In this document: piece by piece, positions 28,870 to 36,530 of the stretch
Numbering within the stretch: position 1 is the stretch's first letter
Layout: each line of letters begins with the position of its first letter
Assembly: GCA_015488325.1 (NCBI GenBank)
Contig: WFOA01000010.1
Location: forward strand, 15,945-79,944
DNA length: 64,000 nt
Source of the DNA: Acidimicrobiia bacterium
Lineage (GTDB): Bacteria > Actinomycetota > Acidimicrobiia > Spongiisociales > ZC4RG35
Direction of reading: 5' to 3'
Notes under the pieces: model-generated
What the model was told of the DNA's origin: nothing
What the model saw: only the letters and a program-made list of their open reading frames with translations
Databases searched by the model: none
Position numbers and translations under genes: made by a program

Positions 28870-29794
28870 GCGCGGCCCCCACGGCGCCGACCACCGCCAG
28901 CACCCCGGTGACCGCCGCCGCGCCCACCCCGGCCCACCACCAGGCGGCGACGACCGCGCCACATAGGAGCGCCTGCGCCCCGGCGGCCACGAACACGACC
29001 GTCGGCACGCTCCACCCCCGGTCGGCCAGCCGGTCGTAGAGATGGGACCGGTCCCCTTGGAACAGGGGCATCCCCGCCCTCCGCCGTCGCAGCACCGTCG
29101 AGACGAGGTCGACGAGGAACACGCCGAGCAACGAGCCGCCGGCGACCATCCCGACCACGTCTTCGCCTCCCAGCCGGACACCGGAGGCCACGAGCATCAG
29201 GCCGACCAGGTAGCTGCCGTTGTCCCCGAGGAACACCCGCGCCGGATGCCAGTTGAAGACACCGAACCCGACCAAGGCGGCACCGAGGGCGACTTCGGCA
29301 CCGAGATCCGCTCCCGACGTCGACCCGACCAGCCCCATCGCCACCAGCGTCACCAGGGCCACCGACGCGACCAACCCGTCGAGGCCGTCGAAGAGGTTCA
29401 CGGCGTTGATCCCCACCACCACGCCGGCGGCGACGAGGGCACCGCCGACGGGTCCGACCCCGAGAGCCCAGGCCACGAGCACCCCGGCGACGGCTTCGAC
29501 GGCGAGCCTGAGCACCGGGGGCAGGCCTCTGCGGTCGTCGACCAGCCCCAACGCGACCACCAGCCCTGCCGCGACCATCAGCCTCGGGGAGGGACGTCCG
29601 GTGAGTATCGACGAGACGACGAGGGCGCCGTACAGCCCCACCCCTCCGAGGGGCACCGCCGGGACCGTGTGGACTTTCAGGGCCTCCCCGGGTCGGTCGA
29701 CGATCCCCAGTCGGGGGCCGAGCGCCGGTGCGATCGCCGACCACCCGGCGGAGACGACTGCGGCGGCGAGCCCTCCGGCGATCAGGCCGACCAC
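28856..29794 (-). CDS. polyprenyl-phosphate N-acetylhexosamine-1-phosphate transferase (WecA/MraY family, GT4 polyprenol-P class)
   Basis: MraY/WecA motifs (VGINAVNLFDGLDGL, FLGDNGSYLVG). GTG start overlaps the upstream gene stop by 12 nt. The N-terminal 275 aa in the ORF track are an artefact. Confidence 0.75.
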   Translation of the reverse strand: MVGLIAGGLAAAVVSAGWSAIAPALGPRLGIVDRPGEALKVHTVPAVPLGGVGLYGALVVSSILTGRPSPRLMVAAGLVVALGLVDDRRGLPPVLRLAVEAVAGVLVAWALGVGPVGGALVAAGVVVGINAVNLFDGLDGLVASVALVTLVAMGLVGSTSGADLGAEVALGAALVGFGVFNWHPARVFLGDNGSYLVGLMLVASGVRLGGEDVVGMVAGGSLLGVFLVDLVSTVLRRRRAGMPLFQGDRSHLYDRLADRGWSVPTVVFVAAGAQALLCGAVVAAWWWAGVGAAAVTGVLAVVGAVGAALKWG

Positions 29795-31554
29795 ACCAGC
29801 ACCTCCGAGGTCTCGCCGCGGTGGACTTCGATCGTCCCCACCGGTTCGAACCCCATCTTCCGGTAGGCGGCGATCGCCGCCGAGTTGTCGGCGCCCACGA
29901 CCACCTTCACCTTCCCCACGCGGCTCATCGCGGTGAGGAGCTCCCGTCCCAGAACGGTGCCGATCCCTCGACCGCGCCGATCCGCCACCACCGCCATCGA
30001 CACCAGTTCGGCGTCGACGCCGACGTCGCCGCCTTCGTAACGGAAGGTCTCCCAGGCCCGCCGCAGCATCGTCGGGCGCAGCAACCGAGGTGCGGCCGCC
30101 ACGACCGCCCGGATCCCGAAGCGACGGACGAAGGAACGGTAGAAGGCGCCGATGTCGGCGACGCCGGCGACGAACCCGACCGGCCCGCACTCGTCCTCGG
30201 CGACGAGCACGACGGCGTCTTCGTGTTCCACGAGCGCACGGTAGAGGAGTGTCATGAACCGGCGTCCCAGACGGGGCAGGAAACCGGTGGAGATCGCTTG
30301 CGCGTGCAGGACGGCCAGGAAACGGGTGTCCCCTTCGTCGGCCCGCCGGACCCGGACCTCGCCGGAAGGTCCGTCGCCGAGGGCGGCCGCCAGCCGGTCC
30401 AGGCCTTTGGTGAGGGCGAGCTCCCGATAGGTGGAGAGGACGATCTCGACGACCCTGTCCTCGTCGAAGAGCCGTCTGGCCCGTTCGCGCCCGGCCCGGC
30501 CCATCCGAGAGGCCAGCTCCGGGTCGTCCCCGATGGTCCGGATCGCCCGGGCCAGGGACCGGGCGTCGGAGACGGGGACGAGGAGGCCGTTCTCGCCGTC
30601 GGCGACGACCTCCCGGCATCCCCGGATGTCGGTGGCGACGATGGGCAGGCCCATGGCGGCAGCCTCCATCGCCGCCCGGGGGAAGCCTTCACGGTGCGAC
30701 GGGAGCACGAACACGTCCATCGTCGGGTAGAGGGCATCGACGTCGGTGCGCATCCCCAGGAACCGGACGCCGTTCGCCTTCGCCCGTTCGATCATCGCGT
30801 CGCCGAGGTCGTCCGCCTTTTCGGGGTCCCGGGGCCCGATGCAGACCACCACGTACCGGTCGTCGAGGAGTCGGGCGGCCTCGAAGAGCTCCGGGTAGCC
30901 CTTCTCCGCCACCATCCGCCCCACCATGCCCACCACCACCGCGTCCGACGGGATGCCGAGCTCGGCACGCATCCGATCCCGATGGGACCGGTCGTACCGG
31001 GCGGGATCGAACCGGGCGAGGTCGACACCGTTGCCGAGATGCCGTGTCCGAGCCCGGGGTGCGAGACGCAGCCTGTGGGCCAGTTCGAGATCCTCCGCGC
31101 TCTGATAGAGCTCGGCGTCGGAGAACCGGGAGGCGACGAACTCCAGGGCGTAGACGACCAGGCGTTTCAGCGGTGGATCGTCGGGGGCCGCGTAGAAGCC
31201 GTGCACCGTGTTGACGACGACGGGCACGCCGGCCACACGGCCGAGGATCCGACCGTAGACGCCGGGTTTGGGGTTGTGGGTGTGCAGCACGTCCGGTCGG
31301 AGCCGCCTCAGCACCCTCCAGAGCTGGGCGGCTGCCCGCAGGTCGGCGCCGAGGCTCATCCCACGTGTCGACGCCGACAGTGCCACATGTTCGATGCCTG
31401 CCGCCTCCAGCTCGGCCACCCAGGGGCCGGGAGAGGAGATCCCCACCGACCGGATGTCCCTCTGGAGGGGTGCGAGGAGCTGGGGGAACACCAGGTAGCG
31501 GAGGGACAGGTCCACCGTCGTCAGGTGGGCGATCACCGGGCGCCGATCAGCCAT
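29782..31554 (-). CDS. bifunctional fusion: glycosyltransferase family 4 (N-terminal ~400 aa) + GNAT N-acetyltransferase (C-terminal ~190 aa)
   Basis: GT4 signature (VFVLPSHREGFPRAAMEAAAMGLPIVATD). GNAT motif A (ADRRGRGIGTVLGRELL...AAIAAYRKMGF). Confidence 0.85.
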   Translation of the reverse strand: MADRRPVIAHLTTVDLSLRYLVFPQLLAPLQRDIRSVGISSPGPWVAELEAAGIEHVALSASTRGMSLGADLRAAAQLWRVLRRLRPDVLHTHNPKPGVYGRILGRVAGVPVVVNTVHGFYAAPDDPPLKRLVVYALEFVASRFSDAELYQSAEDLELAHRLRLAPRARTRHLGNGVDLARFDPARYDRSHRDRMRAELGIPSDAVVVGMVGRMVAEKGYPELFEAARLLDDRYVVVCIGPRDPEKADDLGDAMIERAKANGVRFLGMRTDVDALYPTMDVFVLPSHREGFPRAAMEAAAMGLPIVATDIRGCREVVADGENGLLVPVSDARSLARAIRTIGDDPELASRMGRAGRERARRLFDEDRVVEIVLSTYRELALTKGLDRLAAALGDGPSGEVRVRRADEGDTRFLAVLHAQAISTGFLPRLGRRFMTLLYRALVEHEDAVVLVAEDECGPVGFVAGVADIGAFYRSFVRRFGIRAVVAAAPRLLRPTMLRRAWETFRYEGGDVGVDAELVSMAVVADRRGRGIGTVLGRELLTAMSRVGKVKVVVGADNSAAIAAYRKMGFEPVGTIEVHRGETSEVLVWSA

Positions 31555-33658
31555 CGATCGTGCTCCTCAGGACCTGCTCGTACCGGTCGATGCTCGCACC
31601 CATCGTGTACCTGCGGGCCAGCTCCCGGGCGGCGGCACCCATCCGGCGGCGACGCTCGGGATCCGCGGCGAGGTTCTTCAGGGCGGCGGCGGCACCTTCG
31701 ACGTCCCCGGGCCGGACCAGGATCCCCGTCGTACCGTCGGTCACCACTTCGGGGGTGCCTCCCACCCGGGTCGCCACCACCGGACGTCCCGCCGCCGCGG
31801 CCTCCAGCACGACGCCGGGGAGCCCTTCGGTGCGGGAGGTGGACAACAGCACGTCCGCCCATCCGAACAGCTCTTCCATCTCCGCCGCCGAACCGAGGAC
31901 CTCGATCCGGGGACCCGCCGCCGCCTCGACTTCGGTGCGCAACGGGCCGTCACCGGCGATCTTCGCCCACACGTCGGCGTCGGCCGCGGCGAGGTTGATC
32001 GCCTGCACCGCCGTCAGCGGGTCCTTCTCCGTGGACAGGGCGCCGGCCACCAGCACCCGCAGCTCGGGGTGCGGGAGGGGCGGGTCCAGCTCGAACCAGT
32101 GGTCGGGCACGCCGGTGGGCGCGACCGTGACCCGGTCGGGGGCCACACCCATCGAGTCGATGAGCTGGCTGCGGGTGGCCTCCGACACGGCGGTGATCCG
32201 GTCGCAACGTCCGAGGAGGTACCGCTGGATCCGAGCGTGCCACGGGCCCCGCACCCAGTACCGGGGTTCACCGATCGACGAGTAGACGACGCGGGGACGC
32301 CCGGGCATGAACCTGGTGGCGGCGACGACGGTCCGCAGGGTGGCTCCTCCGTTGGCCAGGACGACGTCGGGCCGGCGCCGCCGGAGGAGCCTGCGCAACA
32401 GCCGTGGCAGCGCCACGTCGGAGACGTCGGCTCCCCCGACGGCGTCGTCCACCTGGACCCGGGGGTCGGATCCGCCGGCTCTGAGGGCCACCAGGCTCGC
32501 CTTCCATCCCCGTGCCCGCAGGCCCTCGACGAGACGTTCACCGAACACTTCGGCGCCGCGTCGCCGATCGGAGCTGACCAGCACCATCACCGACCCGAAC
32601 CGGTCCCCCTTCGAGGCGACGACCCGCCGACGCCAGCGCGGGTAGGCGCGGGGGGCCCGCAGCGCCAGCACCGCCCGGTCGAGCCGTCGGTCGGCGTGGA
32701 GGGTGACCGCCAGGTTGAGGAGATGGGGCCTCTTCCCGTCGAACCGCACCAGGTCGGTGCGGGGGAGCAACTCCCGGGCGACCCGGAGGGGGAGACCGCC
32801 GGTGGAGGTCTCCGCCAACACCTCCCCGGGTACGGCGGCTCCCAGGGCGGAGGCGACGCTCCAGGCCAGATGCCCGAACCCGGCCAGGCCGTGGTCGTGG
32901 GCGAAGCGGACCGCCGTCTCCCAGTCGAGGCCGTGCCGGGCGACTTCGACGAGGTCACGGAACAGCACCAGCCGGAACCGATGATCCAAGAGGGCGTGGG
33001 TACACAGGAACGCCGCCACGACCTCGTCGGGCAGCAGCCACCCGAGGTGGGTCTGGTCCGGCTCGGGGGGACGTGCCCGCTCCCACGCCTGCTCGGTCGC
33101 TCCGGCGGCGCGGCCGCGGAGTTGACGGTACGAGAAGAGGTCCCAGTGCAGGTCGACGTTGAAGACCACCCCGGAGGGGTCGCGGAACGGGATGTCCCGT
33201 TTGTCGGCTCTCGGTCGCTTCGGTGGAATCCCCAGACATTCGGGGTCGGAGGCGACGATCTCAAGGGTGCGACCGAGTTCGGCGGACGGGACGACCAGAT
33301 CGAGGTCGGTGAAGATCCGCTGGCCCGGGGTCGGGTAGAGCCGGTCCGCCAGCGCGGGCCCCTTCACCACCGCCGCTCGGATGCCGGCGGCGGCGAGGCG
33401 TTCCATGAGGCGACGGAGGCTGCGGCGCATCACGATGCCCAGGGCGACCGCCCGGGTCTGCACGGTGGACAGCTCGTGGCGATCGACGACGTCGCCGGGG
33501 GTGAGCAGGCCGACCAGACCGTGGCTACAGGCGAGTTCGAAGACGGCGCCGTCGACCGACCCGGCCGGGCGTTCCCATCCTGCCGCCACCGCCGCCAGCA
33601 CCCGTTCGGCGGGATCGGCCGCGAACAGCCATCCTTCGTTCGGTTCGGTGCCCCTCAC
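31547..33658 (-). CDS. fusion: uncharacterised nucleotidyltransferase-like domain (NTP_transf_5-type, N-terminal ~330 aa) + glycosyltransferase family 4 (C-terminal ~370 aa)
   Basis: N-terminal domain carries a polymerase-beta-like nucleotidyltransferase motif (RIFTDLDLVVP). C-terminal GT4 signature (LLSTSRTEGLPGVVLEAAAAGRPVVATRVGG). Confidence 0.8.
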   Translation of the reverse strand: MRGTEPNEGWLFAADPAERVLAAVAAGWERPAGSVDGAVFELACSHGLVGLLTPGDVVDRHELSTVQTRAVALGIVMRRSLRRLMERLAAAGIRAAVVKGPALADRLYPTPGQRIFTDLDLVVPSAELGRTLEIVASDPECLGIPPKRPRADKRDIPFRDPSGVVFNVDLHWDLFSYRQLRGRAAGATEQAWERARPPEPDQTHLGWLLPDEVVAAFLCTHALLDHRFRLVLFRDLVEVARHGLDWETAVRFAHDHGLAGFGHLAWSVASALGAAVPGEVLAETSTGGLPLRVARELLPRTDLVRFDGKRPHLLNLAVTLHADRRLDRAVLALRAPRAYPRWRRRVVASKGDRFGSVMVLVSSDRRRGAEVFGERLVEGLRARGWKASLVALRAGGSDPRVQVDDAVGGADVSDVALPRLLRRLLRRRRPDVVLANGGATLRTVVAATRFMPGRPRVVYSSIGEPRYWVRGPWHARIQRYLLGRCDRITAVSEATRSQLIDSMGVAPDRVTVAPTGVPDHWFELDPPLPHPELRVLVAGALSTEKDPLTAVQAINLAAADADVWAKIAGDGPLRTEVEAAAGPRIEVLGSAAEMEELFGWADVLLSTSRTEGLPGVVLEAAAAGRPVVATRVGGTPEVVTDGTTGILVRPGDVEGAAAALKNLAADPERRRRMGAAARELARRYTMGASIDRYEQVLRSTIDG

Positions 33659-33812
33659 CCCGGCCTTCCCTCGTCTCGATGCCTGCCGGGGCGAACGATG
33701 GCGTCACCCGCCCCGGTGCCTCCTTAGAGTACCGGCGGGCAGCCGGCCCGAAAGGGGGTACCGGGCGGCCGCCGCCCAGACGACCAGCGGACGACCAGGA
33801 GGATCCCAGCCC

Positions 33813-34409
33813 GTGACGACCCTCACCGCCGCCGACGGGACGGTGTTGGAGGCCCGATGGGACGGCCCCGCAGACGCCGGGATGGCGGTTGTGTTCTGCC
33901 ATCCCCATCCCGGTTACGGGGGGACCATGACCGCCCCCCTCATGAACGGTGTCACCGACGGGCTCACGGCGAGGGGTTTCGCCGTCCTCCGCTTCAACTT
34001 CCGTGGTGTCGGCGAGTCGGGCGGGCACCACGACGACGGCGAAGGAGAGGTCGCCGACGTCGCCGCGGCGGTCGCCGCCGCCGAGGCCCGCCACCCCCGG
34101 GTCTCGGTGTGCGGCTGGTCCTTCGGGGCGGCGATGGCCCTGGGTTGGATGGCCCGGTCCCGACGGGCTCTCCCCTTCGTCGGGATCGCCCCGCCCCCTC
34201 AGCTCTGCCCTCCGCCCGACGAGGTACCGCCCGGTCCGAAGCTCATCGTCGTCGGCGACCGTGAACAGGTGATCGACCTCGACGCCCTCCGCGCCTACGC
34301 CGCCGCCATCGGGGCGACGGTCGAGACGCTCGTCGGCTCGGACCATTTCTTCGTGTTCCGCCACACCCAGGTGGCGGAGATGGTGGCCGGTTTCCTCAGC
34401 GCGGAGTGA
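33813..34409 (+). CDS. alpha/beta hydrolase (small, COG2945-like)
   Basis: GTG preceded by AGGAGG. GxSxG nucleophile motif (GWSFGAAMAL). 198 aa. Confidence 0.75.
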   Translation: MTTLTAADGTVLEARWDGPADAGMAVVFCHPHPGYGGTMTAPLMNGVTDGLTARGFAVLRFNFRGVGESGGHHDDGEGEVADVAAAVAAAEARHPRVSVCGWSFGAAMALGWMARSRRALPFVGIAPPPQLCPPPDEVPPGPKLIVVGDREQVIDLDALRAYAAAIGATVETLVGSDHFFVFRHTQVAEMVAGFLSAE

Positions 34410-34599
34410 ATCCGCGGTTTCGAGCCTCGGCGAGCTCGTCCGGTCCGAAGGACGCCAACAGGTTCCGCCCGAGCAGGTCGTCGGCTTCCACCCTGGCCTC
34501 GAGCAGCTCGTACTGTCGGGGATCGTCGGTGTCATAGACCACCATGTCGTCGCGGGTTCCCACGTAGCGGTGGTGCTCGAACCTCCGCAGCCGGGGCAT
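34396..34599 (-). CDS. small hypothetical protein (67 aa)
   Basis: ATG preceded by GGGGAGGAG. Start overlaps the stop of the upstream zinc-ribbon gene by one base (TGATG). Acidic, helical composition. Confidence 0.6.
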   Translation of the reverse strand: MPRLRRFEHHRYVGTRDDMVVYDTDDPRQYELLEARVEADDLLGRNLLASFGPDELAEARNRGFTPR

Positions 34600-34901
34600 C
34601 ACTCCTCCCCTCCCCGACCGGTCGGCACCTCGGCTCCGCAGTTCGGGCAGGTGGCGACGGCGATGTCGCCGACGATGAAACGGAACTCGCATTCGGGACA
34701 CTGCACCCGGGGCGATGGCGGTTCGGGCCGCGGAGGAGGCGGAGGCGACGTGTATCCCGGGGGTGCCCCGGCCGCCTGGCCCGGTCCGGGCCGAGCTCCG
34801 GCGGCCCTCACCGCGTTCACCGACCCGCAGGCCGGACAGGAGAACTTCCCGGGACCGGGCACCTCGAACTGCGTGTGGCATGCTCCGCACCGTACGATCA
34901 T
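34599..34901 (-). CDS. double zinc-ribbon protein (two CxxC...CxxC modules separated by a Pro-rich linker)
   Basis: CGACHTQF...CPACGS and CPECEF...CPNCGA motifs. 100 aa. Confidence 0.7.
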   Translation of the reverse strand: MIVRCGACHTQFEVPGPGKFSCPACGSVNAVRAAGARPGPGQAAGAPPGYTSPPPPPRPEPPSPRVQCPECEFRFIVGDIAVATCPNCGAEVPTGRGGEE

Positions 34902-35338
34902 CCTTCACCTCCCACCGGCTCGCCGACCGCCCCGATCGCCGCCAGATACTCGGCCTCCAGGGCCAGCACGGCGACGACGTCGTCCCGAGGGTAGGAGACG
35001 CCGTGACGGAGGGCGATCTGGTCCATGATGTACTCGACGGCCGCCGGGGCGCCGCCGGCCGTGACCTCCACCGGGGTGCGTCGACGCCTCTGGGCGAGCC
35101 CCTGGAGGTAGTAGACCTCCCATTCGATGATCCGGCGGATGTCGGAACGTCTGAGACGTGCCGCCAGCTCGGAGTCGAGCCGCTCGTGGATGAAGGCGAC
35201 GGCGTCTTCCACGACGTACACGGGTTCGATCGGACCCGAACTGCGACGTTTGGCCTCCTGGTAGACGAGGGCGGCGACGATGAAGAAGAAGATCGCCGCC
35301 AACAGACCGGCGAGGGCGACGGTGGTGACCCCGGACAT
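34898..35338 (-). CDS. membrane-anchored hypothetical protein (single N-terminal TM helix)
   Basis: N-terminal TM helix (VALAGLLAAIFFFIVAALVY). Stop overlaps the zinc-ribbon gene start. Confidence 0.6.
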   Translation of the reverse strand: MSGVTTVALAGLLAAIFFFIVAALVYQEAKRRSSGPIEPVYVVEDAVAFIHERLDSELAARLRRSDIRRIIEWEVYYLQGLAQRRRRTPVEVTAGGAPAAVEYIMDQIALRHGVSYPRDDVVAVLALEAEYLAAIGAVGEPVGGEG

Positions 35339-35370
35339 GGTCTGAACTGTAGATGTCTTCCGGCCGGATC

Positions 35371-36480
35371 TCAGAGCCCGATCCGGTCGGCCAGGAGCCG
35401 CCGATGGTGGGCGGGGTCCCCGAACATGAGCTGGGTGCTCTTGGCCCGGCGAAAGTACAGGTGGGCGTCGTGTTCCCAGGTGAAGCCGATGCCGCCGTGG
35501 ACCTGGATGTTCTCACCGGCGCAGAACAGGGCCGCTTCGGAACAGTACGACTTGGCGAGGGGGGCGAGCTCGTCGAGTTCGTCGTCGCCTGCCGCCAGGG
35601 CGACGGCGGCCGCGGAGGCGGCGGCGCGGGCCGACTCGGCCTGGACCAGCATGTCGGCGCAGGTGTGCTTCACCGCCTGGAAGGACCCGATCGGCCGCCC
35701 GAACTGGTGTCGTTCTTTGGCGTAGGACACCGCCATGTCGAGGCAGCGTTCGGCGAGGCCGACCTGTTCGGCGGCGAGGGCCACCGACCCGACCTTCACC
35801 GCCCGTTCCAACAGGTCCTCACCGGCCGCCGGGAGCCGGGCGTCGTCGGGGACCTCCACCCCGTCGAAGCGGACATCGGCGAGGGCCCGGGTGAGGTCGA
35901 GGGCGTCGAGACGGCGGCGTTCGGCCGCCGCAGCCGGGACGACGAACCACGAGACCCCGTCGCCGGTCCGGGCCGCCACCAGGTAGTCGTCCGCCACGTG
36001 CCCGTGGGCGACGTAGCGCTTCGTCCCGGTGATGACCCATCCGTCGTCGGCGGCGACGGCTTCGGTGGCGACACCTGCGGGTTCCCACTCCCCCGTCGTC
36101 TCGGTGACGGCGGGAACGACGATCCGTGTCCCGTCGGCGATGCCGGGGAGCAGGGATTCCTTGTGGGCGTCGGAACCGCCGGTGAGCAGAAGGTCGGCGG
36201 CGAGTACCGCCGAGAACAGGTAGGGGGTCGGGTCGAGGGCACGACCCATCTCTTCGATCAGCACCGCCGCTTCGAGGTGTCCGAACCCCGCCCCTCCGTA
36301 CTCCTCGGGGATCAGCATCGCCTGCCATCCCATGGCAGCCATCTCGTCCCAGTGGGCGCGGTCGAACCCTTCGGGGAGGTCGATGACCCGCCGCAGCTCC
36401 GCGGAGGGGAGGCGTTCGGAGAACCAGCGCCGGGCGACGCGCGCCAGTTCCTGTTGTTCCTCGCCGAAGGCGACTCCCAT
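35371..36480 (-). CDS. acyl-CoA dehydrogenase family protein
   Basis: Starts MGVAFGEEQQELARVARRWF. ACAD C-terminal motifs (QVHGGIGFTWEHDAHLYFRRAK). Upstream ORF-track extension rejected. Confidence 0.85.
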   Translation of the reverse strand: MGVAFGEEQQELARVARRWFSERLPSAELRRVIDLPEGFDRAHWDEMAAMGWQAMLIPEEYGGAGFGHLEAAVLIEEMGRALDPTPYLFSAVLAADLLLTGGSDAHKESLLPGIADGTRIVVPAVTETTGEWEPAGVATEAVAADDGWVITGTKRYVAHGHVADDYLVAARTGDGVSWFVVPAAAAERRRLDALDLTRALADVRFDGVEVPDDARLPAAGEDLLERAVKVGSVALAAEQVGLAERCLDMAVSYAKERHQFGRPIGSFQAVKHTCADMLVQAESARAAASAAAVALAAGDDELDELAPLAKSYCSEAALFCAGENIQVHGGIGFTWEHDAHLYFRRAKSTQLMFGDPAHHRRLLADRIGL

Positions 36481-36530
36481 GTCGGCTCCTTCCCCGGGGC
36501 CAGCACAGGTTAGCGGTCGTTCACCGCCCT

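Noticed and set aside
27343-29181. 612-aa minus-strand ORF antisense to the Wzy-like gene; 756-aa plus ORF 29728-31998
   Set aside because: They are antisense or off-frame relative to the GNAT, Wzy-like, WecA-like and GT4-GNAT genes, all of which have recognisable motifs. Composition is not protein-like.
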